Below, piece by piece: positions 19,515 through 28,314 of a stretch of 64,000 nt of DNA. The translations under genes and the position numbers were made by a program. The notes below the pieces were generated by a model. That model worked only from the letters and a program-made list of their open reading frames with translations. It was not told where the DNA came from and searched no databases. The stretch lies in NCBI RefSeq assembly GCF_946222985.1, contig NZ_CAMIFY010000002.1, forward strand, positions 21,938 to 85,937. Reading direction: 5' to 3'. This DNA is from an uncultured Corynebacterium sp. (GTDB taxonomy: Bacteria; Actinomycetota; Actinomycetes; Mycobacteriales; Mycobacteriaceae). How positions within the stretch are numbered: the first letter of the stretch is position 1; each line of letters begins with the position of its first letter.

Positions 19515-20264
19515 ATGAACGATTTCTGGGCCAGCTCGAAAACGGGTCTCGTGGGCGTCGCGGGGTCGTTGGTCGCCGTGATGGCGCTCCTCGCCGGTTG
19601 CGCCGACGATGGCGGGGACGCGCAGACGGATTCCGTGGATGCCGGGGCTGCTGCGTCCGGGGAAGACGGTGGCGAGGCGACGCCCGATCGGGCGAAGCCG
19701 AAGCCCACTCTCGACAACGGGACCGTGGTCGACCCGGGCGGCGCCGATCGGCGCTCCGGCGACGCCGAGGGGTCGTCGGATTCCGATGGAGGTGACAACC
19801 GGGGCTCCGGAGCCGGCCGGGAAGCCCCGCGCGGCGGCGCGAACGGCGCCATTCCCTCCGACCCGACGCCCGCCCGGACGGTGAAGCCGATTTCGGGCGG
19901 TACCGCGGTGTTCACCACCCCCTCGGGCAACATCAGCTGCGGCATCGACTCCAGTGGATTGCGCTGCGGCGTCGCCAGCTACAACGACGACGTCCCCTAC
20001 GGCGAAGCCGAGGTCGGCGGACCGATCGACACCATCACCATCCGCGACGGCGAGGCCTCGATGTACGCGAGCAGCGACGTTCCGCCGTGGGCGAAGGGCG
20101 TATCCGACCCCGGCGACACCATGGACCCGCAGGTCGTCGGCTACGGCGAAGCCATCTCGTACGCCGATTTCGTGTGCCTGTCGGAGCAGGCCGGTTTGAC
20201 CTGCTGGGACACCGCCAGCGGGGCCGGCGCGTTCATGTCGCGCGAGAAGACCGACCTCTTCTGA
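19515..20264 (+). CDS. secreted lipoprotein, unknown function
   Basis: Signal peptide plus lipobox LLAGC, Gly/Asp/Ser-rich linker, C-terminal Cys-containing globular region. Confidence 0.6.
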   Translation: MNDFWASSKTGLVGVAGSLVAVMALLAGCADDGGDAQTDSVDAGAAASGEDGGEATPDRAKPKPTLDNGTVVDPGGADRRSGDAEGSSDSDGGDNRGSGAGREAPRGGANGAIPSDPTPARTVKPISGGTAVFTTPSGNISCGIDSSGLRCGVASYNDDVPYGEAEVGGPIDTITIRDGEASMYASSDVPPWAKGVSDPGDTMDPQVVGYGEAISYADFVCLSEQAGLTCWDTASGAGAFMSREKTDLF

Positions 20265-20276
20265 TCGCGTTCGTCC

Positions 20277-20984
20277 CTAGAAGCCGTGCTCGCCGCCCGG
20301 CCCGTGCGCACCGCCCCAACCGTGCCCGCCGCCCGGCCCGTGCGCACCGCCCCAACCGTGCCCGGCGCCCGGCCCGGGCGCACCGAAATCACGCAGCGCC
20401 CTGTCGAGGAGCTCGTGCATGACCTTCGGGCCGCCGGCATAGCGTCGCAAGGCAACCGAACCCCGCCCGAACATCGGCGAATTCAACGATTCCACCGGAC
20501 GCATCGCCGGGTGCATGGCGTCGCGATAATTGCCGTGGGCCTCCGGCCGCAGATGAATGAACACGAGGTACTGGCCCTTCGCCGGCCACCACCCGCCGAC
20601 GAGATTGCCGCTGATCGCCTCGATGTCCGACCACGCGGTGGTGGCCGTGAGCACGCGCTCGCCCTTCTTCACCGTGTGTTCCTCGATGCCCGACCACGTC
20701 AACGTCAGGGTGCTCGAGCGGAACATCTGCAGGATCAGTGCCGGAATGCCGACCACCCCGAAGAACCCGATGCACGGCAGGCCGATCCATGTGCCCGGGT
20801 GGACGAGCCGATCCGCCCAATCGGGCGAATACGTGAACGCCGCATAGATGAACCCGGCGCCGATGGCCGTGAATGCCAACGCGCCGAGCAGCGCGAAGAC
20901 GAAATGGCCCATGGACTGCGGGATCTCCACGCGCCCGACGGTGCGCAACTGCCGGTACCGCTCCTCGGCGAGGTTTCGTGCCAT
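20277..20984 (-). CDS. membrane protein (2 TM + PH-like beta domain) with C-terminal Gly/His-rich repeat
   Basis: ATG 20984 (MARNLAEERY); two TM helices; tail GHGWGGAHGPGGGHGWGGAHGPGGEHGF encoded by ~36-bp tandem DNA repeat at 20287-20390. Confidence 0.5.
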   Translation of the reverse strand: MARNLAEERYRQLRTVGRVEIPQSMGHFVFALLGALAFTAIGAGFIYAAFTYSPDWADRLVHPGTWIGLPCIGFFGVVGIPALILQMFRSSTLTLTWSGIEEHTVKKGERVLTATTAWSDIEAISGNLVGGWWPAKGQYLVFIHLRPEAHGNYRDAMHPAMRPVESLNSPMFGRGSVALRRYAGGPKVMHELLDRALRDFGAPGPGAGHGWGGAHGPGGGHGWGGAHGPGGEHGF

Positions 20985-21150
20985 GCGGAAAGGGTACGTG
21001 GGGCCGGTGGCGAAGTGGCGCGGGCGCTGAGGGCCGTGGGCGTCGGGGAAGCGGGGGCTTTCGGTCTCGGCCAGTGGTCCGCATGGCGGCGCCGGCACGC
21101 GCGTCGTAGAGTTCATTTTGACGGCGAAGGTGAATGTGAGGGGAACCACG

Positions 21151-21411
21151 ATGGCGAACGACGAGAAGCTCGATCGGCAGCGCAACGGGCAGCCCAACGG
21201 AAAGTCCGCGGGAAAGAGCTCGGCGGCCTCGGTCATCGGAATGGCCACGGCGGTGGGGCTCGTCCTGGGGCTCGGTGCATGGCTGGTCACCACCTACGTC
21301 ATGGACGGTTCGAATTCGGAGGCCCTGCGAGCCGCGGCTTCCGCGTTCGGCCTGGCCATCTTCGCCGGCGCGGTCATCGCTCTGGTCCGGGAATTCGGCC
21401 AGGGACGCTGA
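21151..21411 (+). CDS. small membrane protein (2 TM)
   Basis: 86 aa, two hydrophobic helices; divergent from 20984 gene. Confidence 0.4.
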   Translation: MANDEKLDRQRNGQPNGKSAGKSSAASVIGMATAVGLVLGLGAWLVTTYVMDGSNSEALRAAASAFGLAIFAGAVIALVREFGQGR

Positions 21412-21446
21412 CGCTACGAAGGCCCGCGGCCGACGCGGCACCCCGC

Positions 21447-21893
21447 CTACCGGCCGGCGTCCGGGCGCCGACGCGTCGACTTCAAATCGGAGCGCCGCTT
21501 CTTCGCCGCCAACCGCCGCCGCACCGAACCGCGCGTGGGCCGGGTCCTGCGCCGGGGCGGAGGGGGCGGGGCGAGCGCTTCGCGAAGCAACGACGCCAAC
21601 CGCTCGCGGGCTTCGTTGCGATTGCGCAGCTGCGATCGCTGCGTCGACGCCGAGACCATGAGCACCGTGCCGTCCACGCGGCCGTCGAGATTGCGCAGAA
21701 CGCGGCGGCGCTGGGCGTCGGTGAACGCACCCGTGGCGGCGATGTCGATCGACAGCTGAACCTTGCTGTCGGTGGTGTTGACGCCCTGACCGCCCGGCCC
21801 CGACGACCGGGCGAATCGCTCCGTGAGGTCGGCGGCGGGGATGACCAGGCCACCGGGGATCCCGGGGCCTGGCGGAATGGTCAACGCGTCCAT
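21447..21893 (-). CDS. arfB: alternative ribosome-rescue factor ArfB (peptidyl-tRNA hydrolase)
   Basis: GGQ motif SGPGGQGVNTT, basic C-terminal tail (KKRRSDLKSTRRR). Confidence 0.85.
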   Translation of the reverse strand: MDALTIPPGPGIPGGLVIPAADLTERFARSSGPGGQGVNTTDSKVQLSIDIAATGAFTDAQRRRVLRNLDGRVDGTVLMVSASTQRSQLRNRNEARERLASLLREALAPPPPPRRRTRPTRGSVRRRLAAKKRRSDLKSTRRRPDAGR

Positions 21894-21983
21894 GGGGCCA
21901 ACCCTAATCGGCGCGATACCGCCGGAGCTCAGCTGTCCGGGCGAGCTCCGCGGAGCCGAGGGAGGGGCGAGCGGTGGGCGTCG

Positions 21984-23834
21984 TCAAGCGACGACGGTCT
22001 GCTCCGATCCGAGCCGACGATTCATGGCCGCCGCAAACTGCTCGGCGTCGGGGCCGACGATGAGATGCCAGACGTCGTCGCCGACACGGGCCGCGGCGGG
22101 CAACTCGTCGCCGGACAACGCGGTCGAATCGACCTTCGCGGAATCGGCGACGACCACCCGCAGGCGCGTCTGCGCGACCGGCTCGACGGAGACGATGTTG
22201 TCGGCGCCGCCCAGCGCGTCGATCCACGCGACCGCCCGGCCCTGCTCCGCATCGCCGACGACGATGACCTTCGGCTCGCCGGCATCGGCCCCCGGGTCGA
22301 CGCCGCCGCGCTCCCTTGCTTCACGACGCTGCTCCGGGGTCCGGTAATCCGTGACCACCACGAGGATCATCGCGGTGAAGAACGCCGCGGCGATCGCGAT
22401 CAGGTAGATCCACACGGGGTCGAACACCGGGATGGTCAACAGCGAAGTGAAGACGAAGGCGGTGGTCTGCACGCCACCGGTGCCCGCACCGAGCAGACCG
22501 ATGATCACGCCGCCGACGAAACAACCCACCAGCATCCTCGGGTAGATCCGCTTGAACCGCAGATGGATGCCGTACAGCGACGGCTCGGAAATGCCGCCGA
22601 ACAGGCCGGCCGCCAGCGCACCGGAGGCGGTCTGCCGCATCTGCCGGTCACGGTCGCGCATCGCCAGCACCAGCACGCCGGCGGTGGCGCCGAAGCACGC
22701 GAAGTTCCACACGCCCATCGGGCCCTGGATGAAGTCGTAGCCCAGCGTGCTGATGTTGACCAGCATCAGGGCGTTGAGCGGCCAATGCAGGCCCAGCGGC
22801 ACCAGGAACGGGAACAACATCGGGATGAGGATGGCGAAGATGATGGGGAAGCTCTCGTTGAGCACCGACAGCCCCGAGCCCAGGCCCGTGCCGAGCCAGA
22901 TGCCCAGCGGGCCGATGAGGAACGCGGTCAACGGGATCATGACCAGCATCGACAGGAACGGCACGAAGACCATCTGGATGTTCTCCGGGAAGATCCGCTT
23001 CCAGAAGCGGTACACCAGGGCGAGCACCGCGGCCATGATCAGCGGGACGAAGACCTGCCCGCCGTAGTCGTTGAGCTGCAGCGGGATCCCGAAGATGTTG
23101 GCCACGCACGACTCGGTGCCCAGGTCGGTGGTGGTGCACACCGTCGACGACACCTGCTGGACCTGCTCGTAGACGCCGCTGCCCGGGGCGGTTTCGTTGT
23201 AGGCCTTGGCGCCGAGGCTGATGAACTCCGGCGTCATCACCGCGCCCATCACCGCCGCGCCGAGCCACGGGTCGACGTTGAGCTTCTTGGCCGCGTTGTA
23301 GGCGACCATGATCGGCAGGAAGTAGAACACCGAGCGCCACAGCGCGTCGACGAAGATCCAGCCCGCCGGCTTGTCCTCCGCGCGGAAATCGACGAAGCCC
23401 AGCGCATCCATGATGGCGGCGAAGGCGATGATGAACGACGCGCCGAGCAGCACGCCCAGGATCGGGCGGAAGCTGTCCGACAGGTACTCGAAGAAGTTGT
23501 CCAGCCACGCGGACTTGCCGCGGGCCTTGGCCCGGGCGGCGGCCTTGACGTCGGCGTCGCTGCCGGCGGTGCCTGAACCGGACCCGCCGCCCTTCATCTC
23601 CGGCAGGTTGTTGATCTCGTTGTAGGAGTCCTGCACCGACCCGGCGACGATGATCTGCAGGCGGTCGCCGGATTGGGGCACGGCGCCGATCACCCCGTCG
23701 AGGTTTTCGATTTCGGCCGGGTCGACGCCCGAGGCGTCGGACAGCTCGAAGCGCAGTCGGGTGGCGCAGTGGGTGAGACTGACGATGTTGTCCGGGCCGC
23801 CGACGGCCGACAGGATTTCTTTGGCGGAACTCAT
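21984..23834 (-). CDS. PTS permease EIIB-EIIC with additional C-terminal Cys-less EIIB-like domain
   Basis: N-terminal EIIB NIVSLTHCATRLRF (phospho-Cys), EIIC core, C-terminal ALGGADNIVSVEPVAQTRLRVVVADSAKVD...IVGPDAEQFAAAM homologous to EIIB(Glc) but lacking the Cys. Confidence 0.8.
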   Translation of the reverse strand: MSSAKEILSAVGGPDNIVSLTHCATRLRFELSDASGVDPAEIENLDGVIGAVPQSGDRLQIIVAGSVQDSYNEINNLPEMKGGGSGSGTAGSDADVKAAARAKARGKSAWLDNFFEYLSDSFRPILGVLLGASFIIAFAAIMDALGFVDFRAEDKPAGWIFVDALWRSVFYFLPIMVAYNAAKKLNVDPWLGAAVMGAVMTPEFISLGAKAYNETAPGSGVYEQVQQVSSTVCTTTDLGTESCVANIFGIPLQLNDYGGQVFVPLIMAAVLALVYRFWKRIFPENIQMVFVPFLSMLVMIPLTAFLIGPLGIWLGTGLGSGLSVLNESFPIIFAILIPMLFPFLVPLGLHWPLNALMLVNISTLGYDFIQGPMGVWNFACFGATAGVLVLAMRDRDRQMRQTASGALAAGLFGGISEPSLYGIHLRFKRIYPRMLVGCFVGGVIIGLLGAGTGGVQTTAFVFTSLLTIPVFDPVWIYLIAIAAAFFTAMILVVVTDYRTPEQRREARERGGVDPGADAGEPKVIVVGDAEQGRAVAWIDALGGADNIVSVEPVAQTRLRVVVADSAKVDSTALSGDELPAAARVGDDVWHLIVGPDAEQFAAAMNRRLGSEQTVVA

Positions 23835-23913
23835 GTCCGTGTTTCCTCGGTTCTCTTCTTCGCTCGACGGGCCCGGTGGTTGGCGGGCCCGGTGGCTCAG
23901 TGGGCTCGGATGG

Positions 23914-26673
23914 TCAGACTGCTCGGTCGTCGTCGGCCGGGACCAGGGCCCGGACTTCGGCCGCCGTCGCGCACTCGAGCGCGGCGGAGGCCAGCTGCTC
24001 GCATTCGCTCCGGGAGCGGGAGCGGATCGCGGCCTTGACGGAGGGGATGACGGGCAGGGAACAGCTCAACTCGTCGACGCCGAGGCCGACGAGGATGGGC
24101 ACGGCCTGCGGGTCGCCGGCGATGCCGCCGCAGACGCCGATCCATTTGCCGTGCTCGTGCAGGGCTTCGGCGGCGTTGGCGATCAGTCCGAGCACCGCGG
24201 GGTCCAGGCCGTCGGCTTGGGCGGCGAGTTTGGGGTGGCCGCGGTCGATGGCCAGCGTGTAGCTGGTCAGGTCGTTGGTGCCGACGCTGAAGAAGTCGCA
24301 GCCGGGTTCGGCGGCGAAGCGCTTGGCCATGACGGCGACGCTGGGCACCTCCATCATGATTCCGACCGAGACCTTCGCGGTGAATCCGCCGGCGGCGCGT
24401 TCCTCGTCGAAGATGGCCTTGGCGCGGCGCCAGTCGTCGATGCCGGAGATCATGGGGAACATCAGGTGCAGGTCGGCGCCGGACGTGCGGCCGGCTTCGG
24501 ACGCGCCGTCTGCGCTGCCCGAGCCACCCGCACCATCCGCGACTTCCTGCGCCGCGGCGAGCACGGCCCGGCACTGGGAGCGCAGCAGGTCGGGTCGGTC
24601 GAGGCCGATGCGGATGCCGCGCATGCCCAGGAACGGGTTCTCTTCGGCGGGCATGGACACGTAGGGCAGCGGCTTGTCGCCGCCGACGTCGAGGGTGCGG
24701 ACCACCAGCGGGACGCCGGCGCCCAGGACCCGGGCGCACTCGGCGTAGATGCGGGCCTGCTCGTCGTCGGTGGGCGCCGATGCGCGGCCCATGAACGCGA
24801 ATTCGCTGCGCATCAGGCCGGCGCCCTCGGCTCCGACGGTGATGGCTTGGCGGGCGTCGTCGGCGCCGCCGATGTTGGCGGCCACGGCGATGCGGTGGCC
24901 GTCGGTGGTGACGGCGGGTTCGTCCTTGCGGGCGTAGTCGGCGGCCTTGCGTTCGGCGATGCGGCGCTGGCGGTCGCGGATGGCGGCGACGTCGGATTCG
25001 GAGACGCCGATGGTCAGGGTGCCGGCCGCGCCGTCGAGCACTGCGGTGGTTCCGTCGGGCACGTTGAGCGCCATGGTTTCGATGCCGGCGACGGCCGGGA
25101 TGTCGAGGGAGCGGGCGATGATCGCGACGTGGCTGCTGGCGCCGCCGCCGGTGGTGGCGAATCCGACGACCCGGTCGCGGTCGAGTTGCGCCGTGTCGGA
25201 CGGGGTCAGCTCCTCGGCGACGAGGATCGCGTTGTCCGGGAGTTCGGACTTTTCGCGGCGTTGGCCGGTGATTTCCTCCAGAACCCGCTTGCCGACGTCG
25301 CGGACGTCGTCGGCGCGTCCCGCCAGCACCTCGTTGTCGAGGCCCGCGAGGCGATCGGCGAACGCGGCGTACGCGCCGCGCCAGGCGAAGGCCGCGCTCT
25401 TGCCCTTGTCGATGCCGCTGCGCGCCAGGTCCAGCAGCTCGGGGTCGCGGAGGATCTCGCCGTGGGCGGCGAAGATGGCGGCCTTGCCCTCGTCGGAGTC
25501 GTCGGAGAGCTTCTTCTCCAGGGCCGACAGCGACAGCAGCGCGCGGTCGATGGCGGAGTTGAGCACGCGGGTCTCGGCGTGCCGGTCGCCGCCGAACTCG
25601 GCGACCTCGATGTCGTCGTGGCGCAGCTGAACGATGGTGCCGACGCCGAGGCCGGGGGAGGCCGTGACGCCGGAGAGGATGTTCGGGTCACCGGATCGGG
25701 GCGCGGTGGTGGCGCTGGTCTCGGTGCCGGAGGTCGCAGAGGTCGTGGAGGCCGCGGTGGCCGAGACGGCCGCGGCACCGGCGACGTCCGCGCCGGTTGT
25801 TCCTGTCGCGCCAGCCGCGCCTACTGCGTCTCCACCGGTGATCGAACCCGCGTCGAGCGCGCCCGCGTCGATCGGCGGGCAATCTTCGCCGAGGCCCTCG
25901 CGAATCGCGCGGGAGACCGCGTCGACGGCCTCCGCGGCGTCGGCGCCGTGGGCGGTGACGACGATCTTGTCGCCGTGATCGACGGACATCGCCATGATCG
26001 AGGTGATCGACTTCGCGTTGGCGGAGTCGTCGCCGCGCCGCAGCCGCACGTCGGCGGTGAAGGTCTTCGCCAGCGCCACCAGCGTCGCCGACGGCCGCGC
26101 GTGCAACCCCGTGGGGTTGGGCACGAGGATCGCGTCGGAGGCGACGGTGGTTCCGGCCGGGGCGGTGGTGGACTCGTCGTCAAGCACGGCCAGCTCCACC
26201 GTCGCCGCGACGTCGCGACCCGCGGCGACGACTCCCGTCGCGGGCGCCAGGACGGCGATGCGATCGGAGTTGGCGACGACGATCTGCGTCAGCAGGCTCT
26301 TGGCCTCGCGGGCGATGGCGTCGAGGTCGAAATCGATGAGCGCGTCGCCGACGGCGACCGCATCACCGACCGAGACGCGCGGCGAGAATCCCGCCCCCTG
26401 CAGGCGCACGGTGTCCAGGCCGATGTGCATGAGCACCTCGAGGCCGTGGGCGTCGCGCACCGTCACTGCGTGGCCCGACGACTGCAGATCGATCACCTCG
26501 CCGGCGACGGGGGAGACCAGGCGCCCCTCGATCGGGTCGATGGAGATCCCCTCGCCGACCATCTTCTTGGCGAAGACGGCGTCGGGCACCTCCTCTATGG
26601 GGATCATCACGCCGCTGAGCGGGGCGATGAGTTCGATTTTCTTCGTCGGTGAACCGTGTGGCACGTGCGCCAT
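23914..26673 (-). CDS. multiphosphoryl transfer protein EIIA(Glc)-HPr-EI (NagF/FruB-like fusion)
   Basis: EIIA-Glc (SGHAV, MHIGLDTV), HPr (GLHARPSA, AKSITSIM), A/T/G/S-rich linker, EI with GGGASSHVAIIARSLDIPAV; ATG 26673. Confidence 0.85.
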   Translation of the reverse strand: MAHVPHGSPTKKIELIAPLSGVMIPIEEVPDAVFAKKMVGEGISIDPIEGRLVSPVAGEVIDLQSSGHAVTVRDAHGLEVLMHIGLDTVRLQGAGFSPRVSVGDAVAVGDALIDFDLDAIAREAKSLLTQIVVANSDRIAVLAPATGVVAAGRDVAATVELAVLDDESTTAPAGTTVASDAILVPNPTGLHARPSATLVALAKTFTADVRLRRGDDSANAKSITSIMAMSVDHGDKIVVTAHGADAAEAVDAVSRAIREGLGEDCPPIDAGALDAGSITGGDAVGAAGATGTTGADVAGAAAVSATAASTTSATSGTETSATTAPRSGDPNILSGVTASPGLGVGTIVQLRHDDIEVAEFGGDRHAETRVLNSAIDRALLSLSALEKKLSDDSDEGKAAIFAAHGEILRDPELLDLARSGIDKGKSAAFAWRGAYAAFADRLAGLDNEVLAGRADDVRDVGKRVLEEITGQRREKSELPDNAILVAEELTPSDTAQLDRDRVVGFATTGGGASSHVAIIARSLDIPAVAGIETMALNVPDGTTAVLDGAAGTLTIGVSESDVAAIRDRQRRIAERKAADYARKDEPAVTTDGHRIAVAANIGGADDARQAITVGAEGAGLMRSEFAFMGRASAPTDDEQARIYAECARVLGAGVPLVVRTLDVGGDKPLPYVSMPAEENPFLGMRGIRIGLDRPDLLRSQCRAVLAAAQEVADGAGGSGSADGASEAGRTSGADLHLMFPMISGIDDWRRAKAIFDEERAAGGFTAKVSVGIMMEVPSVAVMAKRFAAEPGCDFFSVGTNDLTSYTLAIDRGHPKLAAQADGLDPAVLGLIANAAEALHEHGKWIGVCGGIAGDPQAVPILVGLGVDELSCSLPVIPSVKAAIRSRSRSECEQLASAALECATAAEVRALVPADDDRAV

Positions 26674-26820
26674 CCTCAACTCGTGGCCCTGTGTTCAGGT
26701 TCGCCCGAGATTGGCCGAACCAGATCCCTAATGAGATTCACAGTACGCCCGAAGTTTCGGGTGGCCCAGTACTTTTTCCGCCCGCCGGCGGCCCTGTCCG
26801 AAACCCCGCGGACCAGGTGA

Positions 26821-26834
26821 CTGCATCGATGCAG
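26821..26834. promoter_or_regulatory. 14-bp perfect palindrome CTGCATCGATGCAG upstream of PTS operon
   Basis: Located ~150 bp upstream of MTP start; candidate operator. Confidence 0.3.
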
Positions 26835-26867
26835 AACATGGCCGCCGACGTGCGCGGACGCGCCCGC

Positions 26868-26896
26868 GGAGGGGGTGGGAAACTGCCACCCCCTCC
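26868..26896. terminator. stem-loop downstream of VOC gene
   Basis: Perfect 11-bp inverted repeat ggagggggtgg-gaaactg-ccaccccctcc. Confidence 0.5.
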
Positions 26897-26903
26897 GTGT
26901 GGG

Positions 26904-27335
26904 TTATGCCCGATTGGGCTCCACGTTGAACGCCCACATCACGCCGAACTTGTCGAAGACCTGCCCGTAGTGCGCGCCCCACGGCGCCTGTTCGAAGGGC
27001 ATGTTCACGGAGCCGCCTGCATCGACGAGGGCGGTGATCTTGGCCTTCGCATCCTCGACGTCGTCGCATTCGTACAGCAGGGAGTAGATCGTGCCCTTGA
27101 CGGCGAATTCCTCTTCCTCGCCGGGCATGCCGTCACCGCCGGTGATGGTGCCGCCGGGCAGATCCAGTCGGGCGTGGGCGACGAGGTTAGGGTCGGGATC
27201 GAAGGGCAGATCCTCCATCGGGGCCCCGTCGCCGTACTTCATCATGTCGAGGTTTCCGCCGAAAACCTCGTGGTAGTGGGTGAATGCCGCGGCGGCGGTG
27301 CCGGGGAACGCGATGTAGGTCGAAAGATTGGGCAT
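26904..27335 (-). CDS. VOC family protein (PhnB/glyoxalase-like)
   Basis: 143 aa, VOC fold signature; ATG 27335 (MPNLSTY). Confidence 0.65.
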   Translation of the reverse strand: MPNLSTYIAFPGTAAAAFTHYHEVFGGNLDMMKYGDGAPMEDLPFDPDPNLVAHARLDLPGGTITGGDGMPGEEEEFAVKGTIYSLLYECDDVEDAKAKITALVDAGGSVNMPFEQAPWGAHYGQVFDKFGVMWAFNVEPNRA

Positions 27336-27449
27336 GACGGACTCCTTCGTTCGGTGCGCGTGCGTGACGACGGCCACCGTGGCTCATCGACCGGGCCGCA
27401 GGCGATCCTCGAGGGGAGGCAGTGCCCGTTGAAAGTGGCCCACCTCACA

Positions 27450-28253
27450 TCATGCACCCGGTTCGGGTCTTTCGACGGTGATGGAGTCGGATCCGGTGGC
27501 GACGCCGGCCTCGCGGAAGGCGACGAGCACGGCCTCGATGACCTCGCTGCGCGCGGCGACGGTGTCGAGCTGGCGGGCACCCGACCAGAAGCGGACCTCC
27601 ATGTCGACGGTGCCGGTGCCGACGGAGATCAGGTGCGCCTGGGGCGCCGGGGAGGTGTAGACCGTCGGCACGGTGGACGCGGCCTCGACGGCGGTGCGCC
27701 GCGCCAGCGACAAGTCGGTCGCCGCGTCGAGGGCGATGACCACCGACGTGCGGACCTTCTCGTATCCGGTCCGGACCGTGACCACCTCGCTGTGCAGCAC
27801 GGTGTTGGGCAGCACCACCAGGCGCCCGTCGAAGGTGCGGATCGACGTCGAGGTCGATCCGATCGAGGTGACTTCGCCCTTCACGTCCTGCACGCCGATC
27901 TGATCGCCGACGCGGTAACGGTCGCGGGCCAGGATCACCAGGCCGGCGAACATCGAACCGAGCACCGTTTGAAACGCGATGCCCGCGGCGATGGAGATGA
28001 TCGTGATGCCGCCGAGGATGTCGACCGGCCGCACGGACGGAAAGACGACGGTCGCCGCCGCCATGAACGCGATGATGCAGATGATCCACTGGATCACCCG
28101 CGAGAACACGTTCGCGGCGGAGGGGCCGCGATCGCGCCACAGCAGCAGCCGGCGGGCGATCCAGCGCACGGCGAAGGAAATCACGATGCCGGCGATGAAG
28201 ATCTGGCCGGCGAGGATCGCTCCGTCGAGGGTGATGTTGGTGGCGTCGTTCAT
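27450..28253 (-). CDS. mechanosensitive ion channel, MscS family
   Basis: Three TM helices then MscS beta domain (GDQIGVQDVKGEVTSIGSTSTSIRTFDGRLVVLPN). Confidence 0.8.
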   Translation of the reverse strand: MNDATNITLDGAILAGQIFIAGIVISFAVRWIARRLLLWRDRGPSAANVFSRVIQWIICIIAFMAAATVVFPSVRPVDILGGITIISIAAGIAFQTVLGSMFAGLVILARDRYRVGDQIGVQDVKGEVTSIGSTSTSIRTFDGRLVVLPNTVLHSEVVTVRTGYEKVRTSVVIALDAATDLSLARRTAVEAASTVPTVYTSPAPQAHLISVGTGTVDMEVRFWSGARQLDTVAARSEVIEAVLVAFREAGVATGSDSITVERPEPGA

Positions 28254-28314
28254 CGCGTCGTCCGCTTTCGTCCGGTATCGGCCGTTTCAGTTCGTGGGCG
28301 GTCTCGGCCGTGAA

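Noticed and set aside
23835-23913. Direct repeat gggcccggtgg x2 between the two PTS genes as a regulatory element
   Set aside because: It is short and GC-rich with no dyad symmetry. It is most likely chance, or part of the RBS region of the downstream permease gene.
20286-26652. Giant plus-strand ORFs 20286..23576 (1096 aa) and 23650..26652 (1000 aa)
   Set aside because: Antisense to the PTS permease and EIIA-HPr-EI genes. They have no domains and G/R/D/H-rich composition typical of GC-rich antisense frames.
21984-26673. Horizontal acquisition of the NagE/NagF-like PTS locus
   Set aside because: GC content and codon style are indistinguishable from flanking core genes. No flanking tRNA, integrase or direct repeats are present. 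I cannot support a recent-HGT claim from sequence alone.
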